A DNA stretch of 58,974 nucleotides, the filler included, from Basidiobolus meristosporus CBS 931.73 (Eukaryota > Fungi > Basidiobolomycota), in the NCBI GenBank assembly GCA_002104905.1. It is 3 parts of 3 records of this genome, joined end to end, with 100 filler letters (N's around TTAATTAATTAA, not from the genome) between each part and the next. Parts side by side here need not be neighbours in the genome. Positions count along the whole stretch, not along the records: positions 1 to 15,508 come from MCFE01001145.1; 2 more parts are not named here. One strand, 5' to 3'. Position numbers and translations under genes: made by a program. Shown in pieces: positions 1 through 13,801 of the stretch (position 1 is the stretch's first letter; every line of letters starts with the position of its first letter). The notes under the pieces are model-generated. The model made no database searches. It was not told the origin of the DNA and saw only the letters and a program-made list of their open reading frames with translations.

Positions 1-2437
1 CTTGTATCTTGTCTCAGCAACCTATCTGCATCCAATTGATTTTTGGTTGACTGTTAATTTGACTCAGACTGGATAGGCATAGGCTAAGTTTGTACCCTCA
101 TTGATATAGTAATTTGCACTATTTCTTGTCCAATTGGATCTCCAGGCATTTGATACTGGAATGATCACTTCTGAGATATTCCTGGGCACTGATTCAGGCT
201 GAACCATGGTTGTAAAGTCCTCTATAGTGAAAAAATTCTCATTGTTTTGCTCTGATTTGATATGACAATTGGTGGACTTGAGATCAGTTTTTTGTCATCA
301 TCTGATGTCATTTTTTGTGAAAATTTTGAATATTTTCAAACAACACATCCCTGGACTTGATTAGCCTCTTTGCTTCAGTATTGCAGAGTCTGTATGCTTT
401 ATTCTCATTGCAGTTGCCCAAAAATAAGCATTTTACACTTTTTAGCTCAAATTTTGACTGATTTCCAGGCAATTTCTTGGCATATGCTGACACCCAATTA
501 TTTTTAGATGTTCTGCACTTGGTCTGTACTCATACCATGCTTCAAATGGAGTAGAATTATCAAGCACTTGGTAATAACTGCTATTTTCAAGCTATACAGC
601 AGTGGCAATTGATTCTGCCCAAAAATCATATGATGATTTTTGATCATGGATCATAGATCTTGCCATATGAATTATTGATCTGTTAGGATGTTCTGCTACT
701 CCATTTTGCTGTGGGGAGTATGGTGCAGTAGTCTCTTGCTTTATCCCATGAATTTTGCAGAAGTGTATGAAGAGTTTTGAGGTATATTCACCACCATTGT
801 CAGAGCATATTTTCTTGATTTTTTCACCAGTTTCTCTCCCCCCCATGACTTTGAGCTCTCTGAACTTAGACAGAGCTTCTTTCTTTCTCTGCATGAAGTA
901 GACCCACATGTATCTTGTATAAGCATTAATAAAAGTGATTAAATACTTCATCCCGCCCAAGAAAAATTTTTGCATAGGTCCACACAGACCTGAGTGAATC
1001 AGATCTGATTTATTCTTAGTTTTGATTAACCCAGAGCTCTTAACCGGTTGTCTGGCTTGTTTCCCATATATGCAGGCTTCACAGTGCTCCAAACCAGCTG
1101 GGGGATTAATTTTTACTCTGGAAATTAGCTCATCTCTGATCATTTGGCACAAATAATCAAAATTAATATGCCCAAATATCCTGTGCCAAAGCATTGGTGT
1201 TCCTTCATTTAAATTACTTATATTGGCTTCCAGATATGATGGAATATAAGTCAAATTGTATAGATTCTGATCTCTGATACCCAAAGCAATATGGGCACCA
1301 TTTTGATCAGTAATCTTGCATCCAGAATTGACAAAGCTGAAAGTGAGTCCTTCTGCTGTGGCCTTGCTTACAGAAAGTAGGTTCTTGGCTATATCTGGTA
1401 CATAAAGTACTTCTTTCAAGGTCAGTGTATGGCTTCCTTCACTGCTTCCTATGTTTACTTGGATAGCTCCTTTGCCCACTGCATAAAGTGTTCTATTGTC
1501 TCCCACAAAAACCTTCTTAATTGAATTTCTTAATATTGAGTAAAAAGTTCTTTTTGGTGTCTATAGTGTTGAGATGCTCAGGGTCAATATACCACATCTG
1601 AGAATCCTTGTTTGTGGTCATATTTGGTGCAGATATGAGTTGTCTATCTTCTGTTGCTGCAGCATTTCCATATTCAGGCTTCTTTTGCTGATTATCTCTC
1701 TTTTTGAGACACCAGTCTGGTGTGTGTCCTTTCCTTTTGCAGTAGTTGCAAACAAGTTGCTGTTGTCTGTGTAGGGTCTGGGGCTCCTCCTTTGTTGGTT
1801 ATCATTGCTTACTAAAGCATTTTCTTCTTCCTTCTTATTGGCACCTGATCATCTTAATTCCTCATCCAGGAGCTTTCCATATATGTAATTTAAGGTCAAA
1901 TCTTCAGTTCTGGACTCCAAGACTGATACAAGGCCCTGAAACTTGTCTGTCAGGCTATTCATGATGGTAACTATCACATCCTCATCAGTAGCTGGTACAC
2001 CCAAAAATTCCATTTCATCCACCAGCAGGGCAATTCTGTCAATTAGATTTTTCATTTCTTCTCCTGGCAGCATCTTTGTAGTAAAGATTTTTTGTCTCAG
2101 ATACATTTTCTTAGCAGCTGAACATGACTGATAGGTGTCTTCTAATGCCTTCCAGGCATCCTTAGCCATTTTTGCTCTTGAGCATTGAGTTAGCAATTTG
2201 TCCTTAACATTAAGGCAAATGCAGTTAAATGCACTTTATTCTTTCTTCTGGTACTTTAAGGCTTCCTCTCCCACAAATTTAGGAGGGCATTCTTCTCCCA
2301 TGACAATATCCCAAGGCTTCTTTCTTGTAGCAGCATCCTCATCTTCACCTTCCACACTTGGTAGTTAGATCCATCCAACTTTAAAGCAGAGGAAAAAATT
2401 CCAGTAATGCAGTAGTAAACATTGCAGAGAGTGACAG
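1..2437 (-). mobile_element. Decayed Ty1/Copia LTR retrotransposon internal region (gag-protease-integrase)
   Basis: Minus-strand fragments in Copia order: gag (1849-2196, AKDAWKALEDTY..KKMYLRQK), zinc knuckle, protease/GAG-pre-integrase/rve (592-1506, LWHRIFGHIN, SDNGGEY, PQQNGVAE), post-IN SH3-like (308-493); many stops and frameshifts. Confidence 0.9.
592..1506 (-). pseudogene. Copia protease C-term / GAG-pre-integrase / integrase core fragment
   Basis: Motifs LYVPDIAKNLLSV, WHRIFGH..CEAC (HHCC), SDNGGEY, QNGVAE. Confidence 0.9.
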
Positions 2438-2453
2438 CTTGGGGCTTGTAACC
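2438..2453 (-). promoter_or_regulatory. Copia primer-binding site (GGTTACAAGCCCCAAG), degenerate
   Basis: Directly follows the LTR ...AACA end on the minus strand; resembles the GGTTATGGGCCC PBS of Drosophila copia; a better copy lies at 41027-41042. Confidence 0.7.
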
Positions 2454-2801
2454 TGTTCTAAGTTTCTTGGATATATTGGAAGTGATTGGGAGAACAAGTA
2501 GATTATGTGGCTTTTGCTTGATGTTGTATTGAATGTGAAAGTAGTATTTATATGTTTACATGGTCTTGGCATAGAAACACAAAGAATAGGTTAAGGAAGG
2601 TCCCAAGAACATGTGTGCAAAGTTTGGGGCTGCTTAGACAACTTTCAGAATCTTCATGTTCTAGGTACCTGGTATTTTGGTAAAAATATTCTAAGTAAGT
2701 CCTGACAAGGAATTTGGTCAGTATTCTCTAGGATTTGAAGGTAATGATCTAAGTGACAAAGTTAGGTGAATATTTAGGTGGAGCTACTAATTTTTACAAC
2801 A
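2454..2801 (-). repeat. Copia LTR (348 bp, TG...CA)
   Basis: Homologous to 8279-8626, 41043-41391 and the partial copy at 32356; TGTT...AACA ends; PPT-like GAGTGAGAG on one side and PBS on the other. Confidence 0.85.
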
Positions 2802-3692
2802 CTCTCACTCAGCTGAATGTTCATACTGACTAGTCCTAATTTTGACCTAAGATATTTACACTTGTCTCTAGCTAATGGTTTGGTGAATAGGTCTGCAACC
2901 ATTTCATCTGAAGGACAGTTAGCTAAGCTAACTCAGTTATTTTCTATAGCTTCACATATGAAATGATGCCTAATATTTATGTGCTTAGCTCTATCATGAA
3001 AAGTTGGATTTCTACCTAGTTGTCTACATCCTTGATTATCTTGAAATAAAGTAATAGGTGCTTTTTGACATAGGCCTAAATCTGTAAAAAGCTTTCTCAG
3101 CCACATTGCTTCTTTTGTAGCTTCACAGGCTGCCATTTACTCTGCCTCTATGGTCAAAAGTCCTACAGTTAGTTGCTTTCTTGAATCTATGAAATTGCTC
3201 CTTTACACTAAAGAAAGGTGTATCCTGTGGTGGATCTTCTGTATTCTAAATTTTGTCCCCAAACAGCATCACCATATCCCACAAGATCCTGTTCTAAATC
3301 CTTATAAGTGTATCTTAAGCAGATACCAGCAGTTCCTTTTGGGTATCTAAAAATCTGCTTAACTGCTGCAATATGATCAGATCCATAGTTCTGATTATGC
3401 AGGCTGACAACTCCCATTGAATATGAAATATCTAGACAAGTTCCAAGCATGACATATATCAGACTGCCAATCATGGATTGATAAGGAAAGTCAGAGCTTT
3501 CAGATTGCACCAAGCTCTCTTGATTTGGTTAAGTTTTGACCAAGCTAAGGTTTGAATCCATTGGGGTAGCTGCCTGTGTACAGTCTTCCATTTGGTACTA
3601 CCTTAGTATATCTTGAATATACTTGGATTGGCTTAGGGTGATAGTCTGGGTACTTCTGTCTATGGAGAGCTTAACTCCTAAGTAGTAATTGA
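2802..3692 (-). mobile_element. Decayed Copia RT C-term / RNase H
   Basis: ORFs 2933-3136 (ACEATKEAMWLRKL..DNQG..KHINIRHHF) and 3208-3513 (YQSMIGSLIY..). Confidence 0.9.
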
Positions 3693-4430
3693 CCTTATGA
3701 AAAATAACTTGGTCCCATGGGTGGATCCAATCTGATCCTAAGATTATACTCTGGGGCTAATATTTAAGTATAGTGCCAGATTGTGCCAATGGACCAAGAT
3801 AGTCCATGCAGTTTTGTGACATGATACAAGCCACAGGAGCTAGTTTCAGAGTGCCATGGGTATTGAGCACCAGATACATGTTTTCAGTCCTTCTGTGCTC
3901 TCACACATCCTATACAGCATTGATACAAAAAAAAGGTCAAAAAATGGGTTTTTCCAGCATGGTGGGTGAAACACAGTAGCTGCTTTGCGTGAAGATGCAG
4001 AGCTATGTTTCATGCATTATTGCAAAGTTTAGGTCTGCTATGCCTCTCTGGCATGCACTCTATGAAAAATCTTAAACTTGGAATTCATCTGATTTTTAGC
4101 TGGTATTGTGCTGGTATTCTAATGGTATTGAGCTGGTGTTTTGGGTTCAAAATTTCAAATGCAATTTTTGATGGAAGTAATGGGCAGCTGATTACCAAAT
4201 TTGGTATGGATGCTAGTTTGCCAAGTCTCCTCCTGGAGAACTTGTTTGCTAGCCTGCACATCAGCTCAGAACAGAGATATTTATAGTTGTCAATTTTGAG
4301 AAACTTGGAATTCAGCTGATACTATGATGGTATTTTGCTGGCTTTTTCTCAGTTTTTTTTCTTAGGGGCCATGGCACAATTTGGCACACATGGCTCAATG
4401 TGGTACTATCCAACTGAACAGGTCTATTGA
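3693..4430 (+). mobile_element. Non-autonomous insertion: CACTA-type left end fused to the foldback-arm sequence
   Basis: Starts CCTTATGAAAAATAACTTGGTCCC like 10649 and 37035; 3775-4430 is homologous to arm 10052-10398 with an internal insert; interrupts Copia RT. Confidence 0.55.
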
Positions 4431-5609
4431 CTAAAAATCAAATGGATGCAGATGGGTTTTCAAGACAAAATACAAGGCTGATAGTACAATTGAAAGATAC
4501 TAAGAAGAACTTCTGGCCAAAGTATACTCTTACACAAAAGGACTTGACTGTATTGAGACCTTTGCACCAGTGTGGTGATGTATAAGTCCAAGGGAGAGAT
4601 ATACCCAAAACTTCTGAAATGTTTTTGTGTGTGGGGTGTTCACTTGGTGCAATAACCTCTGGCAAAGGCTTGCTGGGAATACTTGTGTTTTGTCTCTACT
4701 CAGATGTGAGCAGAAATAAAGCCACAAGCTTGGCAAGGGAAAGCTAGTTAGCTACAATTGCCAACTTAGTTGGCATCTTAGCAAAAGTATGTGCTGGGTG
4801 CAGCATACTTTGAGATGACAATGCACTAAAAGTTTCAAAGTCCAACAACTGTAAACTTCACCAGCTGGAACTTGATAAGAATGCAGCAATGATGAATAGT
4901 TACAAAGACAGAAAATTATCTCTGCCTGTACAAGATTAAGCTTGGGAAAGAATCCAATATAACAAAAGATATCTACTCTGAGTATTCCTCACAAGCAGTA
5001 CCTCCAAGGTCAGTTTGCTGTCAGTGTGGTTTCCTGGGGGTGTCCAATAGTCTAGGATTGGAGGTTCAGGTAGTGGCAGGTAGTTATGGTCACACTAATC
5101 AACAGGTTGGTATGTTGATAGAAGGGAAGATGTTATAATGTTGAGGGATTGACTCCCCTATATACATTTTTCACCAACCAAGTGATTACTAATCATGGTG
5201 TTACAGAGGGTTCTGGAGATCAACAGAGATCTTAAGGACATCAGAATAAGCTAAGAATGTTCCAAGTAGATGCCAGAAGGTTCCAAGAGGCACAGCACAT
5301 CCAACCAATCAGGGATCAGTATTCTGAAGGTTGTTAAACTTAGGCATACCATATATGGAATGAAAGTGGTAGGGATGGCAACATGGTTTGAATTTACATC
5401 ATGGGTTCTAGTGCAGGTGCTTGCCTAATATAGTAGCACTTACATCTAGTAATATTACAGAAGGTGAGGGATAAATTATGTAATACAGGCAGGCATCACA
5501 GTTAGCTAGCTTACAGAATTGTACTGATTGGATCAGACAAATGGAAAAAACTAAAATGTAGTAGTAGCAAAATATGGAAGTAAAATATATAGGAATAGGA
5601 ACATCTGTC

Positions 5610-6149
5610 ATTGGGTGTCACTATGGCCCCACTACACCAGTAGCCAAGTTTAGTTCCATCATATTAATATTGGCTATTGCAGCTAAATACAAGCTATTTA
5701 TAAATCAAATGGACGTTAAAGCTGCACATTTGAATCAAGAACTCCATGAGAGAATCTAATTATAACAGAATGGTAGGTTTATTGACCAAGATAACTCCTG
5801 CTTAGTCTGCAAGCTTAAAAAATCTATATATGGACTTAAACAATCACCAAAAACCTGGAATTGCAAGATAGATTCTTGCTTGGAATCTCTGAGTTTCAAA
5901 AGGAGTACTGCTGACTAAAGTATACACTATAGGCCAGATAGAGCAAATCAAGCTCTATTAGTGCTATATATTGATGATCTTAATTGAGCTATTAGTAAGC
6001 TTTAAGAATTGAAGAGACTAAATCCAGCCTATTTAATGTGCTCAAGATAGCATCTAGAAGAGCTCAGTTACCACTTAGGGATAGATTTCTACATAGACAA
6101 AAACACACAAGCTTTCACCCTAAGCTAATTCAAATATACTCAAGATAAA
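5610..6149 (+). mobile_element. Copia RT fragment in opposite orientation
   Basis: PVAKFSSI..ILAIAAKYKLFINQMDVKAA; downstream VCKLKKSIYGLKQSP-type sequence. Confidence 0.85.
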
Positions 6150-7500
6150 AGACTTGTTCCACTGTACCATGCCAGGGTGCCTGGTGTGATGTGCGGTCAC
6201 TAAGAATGATTAGGTGTGGTATTGTAGCTACTAGAATGCAGGATTGCTCTTGGATGATTTTGCACTATGCGGGACAATCTTGCACACTATGGCACAATAT
6301 GAAATGATGAGGTTTGCTTGGACAATTGTGCCAGCTTGTAATGTTTGCAGCATGTGCACAACTGGATATCATTATTGTAGTAGGTGAAATCTGGTACTTG
6401 GATATGCTTCTTTAATGTAAATGGAGATAAATGTAATCACACTTGAAACTATACTAATACTTACCATTTTGGTTACCATCACTCCAATTGGATGGTATGT
6501 AAGTGGCTAATTGATCTAAAAGTATCCTAAAGCTGTTGGCCCCCAATTGGCTCATTAACCAATACACATGCTACCTGATTTGCCTTCAAATATGCCATTT
6601 GGCCCATGAAGCAAGTAAATCCCTGATCTTAGTGATTGGGAAAGGTGTCATAGCAAGTATGTGACTAATTGTGTTGGTGCAAATCAGATAAATAGCTGCA
6701 CTGGTGTTACAGATGATGTATACATATGCAGGGTGTTTATTATAGGGGCTCTGTCTCACATAGGAGACATCCTTGATATTACTTAAAGCAAAAATTTAGT
6801 GATCACTGATTTGCAATGGCACATATAGGATTGAAAAATCAATGTGCTATTTGGAGCATGACAAATGGTAACAATTCCATGCAATTGCATCATCTTTTTC
6901 TAGGTTTTTCTCTCTCAGGGATTACTCCAGTAGCCTTTGGTAGTGAGTCACTTTGCACACCTGAACTACTTCCTTATTGACTATCATCTTGACTACTTAT
7001 GTACTTGTAATCAGTATTTTGCCACCTAGCTGATGAGGGCAATGCTGGAGCCTGGCTGTGCTGAACTACTCCAGACAATATGAAAGAATGAACCTGAAGT
7101 GCCATGTGCTGATGTGTTCTTTTACTTGCCAATGGCTCTGGTGGTGGAGGCACTTCAAGAGGGTTATTGTCTGTCAGTTTACCAGAAGTAACTTGCTGCT
7201 GTTAAGGTGTGCCAGCTTGTGCAAGCACAACTTGATGCATTGGCATAACCCTGGGCTGAGTTTGATGTGACATTACATACTGATGCAACTTGGCCCACTC
7301 CATTGAACTTATGTCTAAATGGGCAGTTTGGTAAGCTCTGGTAGTTTTGCCCTGAGGCATGCATGTTGATTTGATGCATGTTGACTCAATGTGGGTCACT
7401 CTTTCAAGGGGTGTTGGTGTAGATTGGACTGATATGCACCAGCATGCCAACATTGCAGGGGATAGTATGAAATCCAGCAAGGAATGCTGGCACAATCTAG
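6150..7500 (-). mobile_element. Heavily degraded putative DNA transposon (possibly MULE-like)
   Basis: Begins with AGACTTGTTCC, the same terminus as the 9664-10398 foldback; only weak Cys-rich and W..AYLK-like remnants; end at 7500 is approximate. Confidence 0.3.
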
Positions 7501-8278
7501 ATGCTGTTGCGTGTGTTCTGTATTCTTCCTCTTGAAGTACACCCTCTGATTCCTCAAGGTACTCACTTACTCTCTGTCAGATACCTAGGAACTGTGACCT
7601 TGATAAGTGCTGTGTGTATTGTTCTAGGAAGCCACTTAGCTCTACTAAAATATCACATAGTACATTAGTCATTTAAGGCAAAAGCTCATTCAAAATCTCT
7701 TTGGTTCCCAAAGTTGAGGCACAAACAGATGTGTCCAGTGCATACTGTGCAAATGGCGCACAGAATTGCTTGCCTGCAGCTTCCTCATCCAAACCCCTCA
7801 CTCTGAGTTCATACTCAGTTTCAATACTTGACTTGCTATATACCTTTTATATATATCTACTGGCATTACAATGTAGAACTCATGTCACAGCTTTCTACTC
7901 AGATTCTTCCATCTCTGTCAACTATCTCAGGTACCCAATTCTGCCAGATCAATGAGTAGTCCTTGTATATCTGTATGAAGGCTCATCATAGTCATTTGGG
8001 CCATAATAAAATTATCTGGCAAGAACTCAAATGAATTTGACATTGACTTTTGTGGTCCAGACCATGCTTGTGAGCTGGGGTATAGGATTTGTCTGGGTTG
8101 TACTAAAGATGAGTTGAGACGTAGTATAGGGACCATAGTGACAGATTTGGATACTTCCACAGTAGTATATTGGCATCAACCTAGTCTTATATGAGATATA
8201 TATGAAAGCTAATGTGATTGTTGAGTTTTCCATATATTATGCATGATGCATCTTGAGTTGCATTGACATGGATCAGAT

Positions 8279-8626
8279 TGTTGTAAGACTCTTGGAGATT
8301 TTGGGAGTGATTGGGAGAACAAGTAGATTATGTGGTTTTCACTTAATGATTTATTGATTGTAAAAGTTGTATTTATACTTTTACATGGTCTTGCATAACA
8401 AACACATAAAATAGGTTAAGGAAGGTCCCAAGAACATGTGTGCAAAGTTTGGGGTTGAATGGACAACTTTGAGATTTTTCATCTTGTGGGTACCTGGTAT
8501 TTTGGTGAAAATATTCTAAGTAGATCCTGACAAGGAATTTGGTCAGTATTCTCTGGGATTTGAAGGTAATGATCTAAGTGACTAAGTTGGGTGAATATAT
8601 AGGTGGAATTCCAAACTTTTACAACA
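8279..8626 (-). repeat. Copia LTR (3' LTR, 348 bp)
   Basis: TGTTGTAAG...TTACAACA; PPT GAGTGGGAG adjacent at 8627-8635 after the RNase H stop. Confidence 0.85.
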
Positions 8627-10648
8627 CTCCCACTCAGCTAAATGCTCATACTGACTAGTCCTAATTTTGACTTAGGATATTTAAACTTGTCTCTAGCTAA
8701 TGGTTTGGTAAATATGTCTGCAATCATTTCATCTGTAGGACAGTAAGCTAAGCTAACTAAGCTATTCTCTATAGCTTCACATATGAAATGATGTCTAATA
8801 TCTATGTGCCTGGTTCTAGCATGAAAAGTTGGATTTCTACCTAATTGTATACATCCTTGGTTATCTTGAAATAAAGTAATAGGCGTTTTTTGACATAGGT
8901 CTAAAGCCGTAAAAAGCTTTCTTAACCACATTGCTTCTTTTGTAGCTTCACAGGCTGCTATGTACTCTGCCACTGTGGTAGAAAGTGCTATGGTTGGTTG
9001 CTTTCTTGAGCTCCACAAAATGGCTCCTTGACAGTAAAGAAAGGTGTATCCTGTGGTGGATCTTCTGTCTTCTAAATTTTGCTCCTAATCAGCATCAGAG
9101 TATCCCACAAGATCCTGTTCAGAATCCTTATAAGTGTATCTTAAGCAGATATCAGCAGTTCCTTTTAGATATCTAAAAATCTGCTTAACTGCTGCAATAT
9201 GATCAGATCCATAGTTCTGATGATGTTGGCTGACAACTCCCACTGAATATGAAAAATCTGGACATGTTCAAGCATGACATACATCAGACTGCCAGTCATA
9301 GATCAATAAGGAAAGTCAGGGCTTTCAGATGGCACCAAGCTCTCTTGATTTGGTTGAGTCTTGACCAAGTTAAGGTTTGTCTCCATTGAGGTAGCTGCTG
9401 GCTTACCGTCTTCTATTTGGTACTTCTTTAGTATATCTTGAATATACTTGGATTGACTTAGGGTAATAGTCTGAGTACTTCTGTCTATGGAGAACTTAAT
9501 CCCTAAGTAGTAGCTGAGTTCCCGTAGATGGGACATCTTGAACTCTTTAGATAGGCTGTATTCAGTCTCTTCCAATGTTGCTGGGTTATTGGCGGCTATA
9601 ATAAGATTTTTCACATATAGAGCCAATAGAGCTGCATTTGCTCTATTTGGCTTAGAGTATACAAGACTTGTTCCGTTGGATAGTGCCACATTAAGCCATG
9701 AGTGCCAAATGATGCCATAGTGTTTCCAGAGAGGCCAAGTGAGCCTTGACCTGGCCACAGAGTGTGAAACATAGCTCTGCATCTTCATGCAAAGCAGCCC
9801 CTGTGTTTCACCCATTGTGTTGGAGAAAATCCATTTTTTGACCTTTTTTTTTGGATCAATGTTGTGCAGGATGTGTTAGAGCACAAGCAGATTGAAGATA
9901 TGCATCTGGTACTCAATACCCATGGCACTCTGAATCTAGCTCCTGTAGCTTGTATCATGTCACAAAAATGAATGGCACTATCTTGGCCCACTGGTACTAT
10001 CTGGCACTATATTTAAATATTAGACCTAAAGTAAGATCTATACATAGCACTTATAGTGCCAGATAGTACCAGTGGGCCAAGATAGTGCCATTCATTTTTG
10101 TGACATGATACAAGCTACAGGAGCTAGATTCAGAGTGCCATGGGTATTGAGTACCTGACGCATATCTTCAGCTCTCCTGTGCTCTTACACATCCTGAGAT
10201 ACATTGATCCACAAAAAAAGGTCAAAAAATGGATTTTCTCCTGCACAATGGGTGAAACACAGGGGCTGCTTTATATGAAGATACAGAGCTATGTTTCACA
10301 CTCTGTGGCCAGGTATAGGCTCACTTTACCTCTCTGGCACACTATGGCATCATTTGGCACTCATGGCTCAATGTGGCGCTATCCAACGGAACAAGTCTAT
10401 AATATAGTCAGCATTACTCCTTTTGAAACTCAAAGATTACAAATAAGAATCTATCTTGCAATTCCAGGCTCTCAGTGATTGTTTGAGACCATATAGTGAC
10501 TTTTGAAGCTTGCAGACTAAATGGGGGTTATCTTGGTCAACAAAACCATCAGGCTGGTCCATATACATGTCCTCATCAAGTTCTCCATTCAAAAATGCAG
10601 TTTTTACATCCATTTGATGAATAAAAAACTTATTTTTGGCTGCAATAG
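8627..10648 (-). mobile_element. Decayed Copia RT-RNase H, interrupted by the foldback element
   Basis: 8638-9018 WSSRKQPTIALST..AEYIAACEA..DNQG..ADIFTKPL; 9303-9660 LALYVKNLII; 10437-10648 [21 protein letters not shown]. Confidence 0.9.
9664..10398. mobile_element. Foldback (long inverted repeat) element: ~348-bp arms, 40-bp spacer
   Basis: 9664-10011 is the reverse complement of 10052-10398; termini AGACTTGTTCC...GGAACAAGTCT; the Copia RT continues on both flanks. Confidence 0.85.
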
Positions 10649-11582
10649 CCCTATGAAAAATAATTTGGTCCCGCAGTGGATCCAATCCAGATCATCCATC
10701 AAGATCCTGTTCAGAGACCATCATAAAAACAGCAGTTTGGAATTAGTGACCCTCCTGACAATCTTATAACAAGATCATGACGGTATTTACAAATTTTACA
10801 GCCAAATAAAGGGATAAAACTTGACAATTTTTGATTGGTGCTGTGACAATATTTGCATGTTATTGTTGTGGTCTTTCAGTGCTCTATTACTATTTTAAGT
10901 GGATCCAGTAGGCCAGGACTTCCAATTGCCTTAAATGGCAAGAAACTTGACGGTATTTTGACGGCCTCACAGCAAGACTCTAATGGCTTTTTTTACGGCA
11001 GTATGATGGCCTGCCACTGGTTATGTATAATGCTACCGTACCAATTTACCAAATGGTATTTCCTTTTTCTACCTCCCCTTGTGCAATTCATATATTCCAC
11101 TGTAGAATCACCTTTCTTTATTTGCTTACCCACTACTACCTTGGGTATTCCACATATAGTTCAAATAAAAAAAAACTATGGCCTCCTGCTTACTAACCTC
11201 TACAAACGCACACACCTGCCACAATTGACATACTTCTATCACCTCAACTTTACGGCTTTTTAGTGTGATACTTGCAAAGTTACCATATGCCTTGTACTGC
11301 TGGTAGCATATACATCTTGCAAACATATGCTTGGTTGTTGCCACTTCTGCCATGAATACCTCCTGAATTTCAGCAAAGAACTTCTTGGTATTTAGCCATT
11401 ATATTCCTTCTCCCTGCTGGATTCTATTCCTCCTTATAGGTGCGCTCTGGCTTTTATTTGTGTGAATTCCATATTGAATGGTGTAGAAGTTGGCTTGTGA
11501 CCACAAGAAATCTGGCATATCTTGGTGGAGTTTTCCTGATAAAAATTAGTTGCTTGTTGTACCCAACCCAACTTTGCATTAC

Positions 11583-13801
11583 TTAACTGATTACCCATGC
11601 ATTGGGGCTGCTTAGCTTCTTAATGCCATAGGCATAGGTGTCTCCATGTGCACATTTGTCCTCAGTATTTTCCAACTCATTCTGGCTGTCCTCCATGTGC
11701 CAACTCATCACATCCATGACGGACTTGAAGGTAATATTCTTGATGAGATTGGGATATGGTAGTACCTGCAACTTGACTTGTCTTCCTATCTCCCCACACA
11801 TCCACTCCATAGGAAACTCCCAAAAGGTGAAGCAAGGCCCAATATTCTCCACACACCATGCAAGATGGAGTAGTGAATGGATACAGTAGCAGCAGAGATC
11901 TACACGTTCAGCTTTATGTTTGTAGTATAGCCGCTCAAATCCTGTCACAAACTCCTCACACAACAGCTGTAGATGCGGCAAGTTGGCATTGGTGATCCAC
12001 TTCTGGATAAATATTCCTACAATGTCCACATTTGACTCCCAATGCTTCCAATGTACTCTTGGTAGGAATGGCTTCAGAACACCACTTGAATAAATACATA
12101 TCCAGTTCATCCAGTCTTTGCATTTGTATTGTTGCATATGCATATGAATATTAATTGGAGCCCATGAGAAGTACTTAGGGTAGCATATACTCTGTAATAT
12201 CTTGCCAATTTTTTCAAATTTCTCCGGTATCTTGAAGGGCTCATTTAGCTTGAAATGCCCCATGTACAACTTGGTCATCAGTATAGGGAAATTGTTGAAA
12301 AGCAAATGCATTATTCCCAGTGGAAAGCTTTTGCTCCAACAGATACCCTCTATCTTAAGTATATTTGGTTTCCGATTGAATCCATATTCCGGCCAATGGC
12401 TTATAGCTTGCCAACTTTGCTGCAATTGCATGCTTACTTCTGTATGTTCTCTCTGTGGAAAGATGATGTTCTTAGTGCTGGTGTTTGGGTAATGATAATG
12501 TGTGTGAATTATGGAGTAAATCCCCTGGATCTCACACATTCAACAGCAATACTGTCCATTGTGCCTGGAAAAACCTGCTATCTTGCTGATGGCTGGGGTA
12601 TCTCCAATGCAGATAATAATATGCGCTTTTACATGATGGCCATTCATTGTTATCCTGCTGGAAAGCATGCAAAATTCATTCATCAATGGATACAGGTAGC
12701 TATCCAGGTTGGACGGTGATTTAGGCCCAGATACCAGTGAGACTACCATCAGATTATTGCTCTGATACCGTAAGATGGGTGGCAGATTCAGATTGATGAG
12801 AATCAGTGGCCAGCAGGATTTGCTGGTAGAGAACTCGTTTAATGAGAATCCATCAAGTGCTAAAGCAAAGGCATGGTCATACATACCTTCAAAGTAGCCC
12901 TTGCTTCTTAGCTGTTTGTAATGTTTGCCATCAAATATATTGGATATGTTTGCGCTTGATTGATACTGAGTGCGGTACTGTATAGCTTTGCAATATTTGT
13001 TCGACTCCATCAGCTTCCTCAGACCAGGTATGACCAGAATATATCCGGAGTGTGAACAATGTTTTCCCTCAATGGTGGTGGATTCCTGACAATTTGGACA
13101 CGTTGCAATGGTAGCATTTTTGGATGTGAATGCCATGCAACTGTTAACACATACTGGAACCAGGACAGTCTCAGGATCATATGTTACCAGCCGCATGATG
13201 GTTGTCCACTTGTACCATGTACATGGTAAGTTGCTTCCGGTATGATTTTGGCAAGAAGTAGTAATAAATCCTCAAAGCCCCCATTACTGATATTAGTGAA
13301 AACGTGCCACTTCTCTAGCCACAACATCACATCATTCACCAGTAGATGGATTACTGGGCTCACTTGGCTCCATAAAGTATCCTTGGCATTTGTCTCAACA
13401 GGTGTTGTCTCATTGCATATAGGAATTTGACCAGGCTCATACATGGTACTGTTGTTAGGGGAGATAGGCTCAAAATCCATCAGTGAACCTTCTTTGTCAG
13501 AGCTATCACTCTGCGTGCCATATTCAGAAGGCTGAGGTGAGCCTAAAGGCCTCACAAACTCACCTGACTCAGTTTGTGCAAGGTGACAAAGATGGCCAGG
13601 TGCCAATATAGAAGTATCAACTGGCCGGCAAGATAATGTTGGTACAGTAGTGACCAATGAGTGGTCAAATATGACTTGGGTGGCAAAACACTGGCGGTGA
13701 TCCTTGTAATACTTCCTAAGCTGTCTGCAGGCTTCATGGCTGAGAGGCTTTCCACAATAGCCACATGGTCTTTTTTCTGTTCTCTTACAGTGTGGAGTCA
13801 A
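11583..13801 (-). pseudogene. CACTA-type (Tnp2/Transposase_21 + DUF4218-like) transposase, frameshifted
   Basis: VCVNSCMAF..CPNC, IFDG.HY, LALDGF, NLNLPP.LRY, GPKSP..D.YL.PL; MHLLF, IHSLLHLA..GP..FWEFPME..CG. Confidence 0.8.

Noticed and set aside
4431-5600. Possible Gypsy/DIRS remnant or solo LTR
   Set aside because: CpG-poor like a TE, but no diagnostic motif or second copy in the window.
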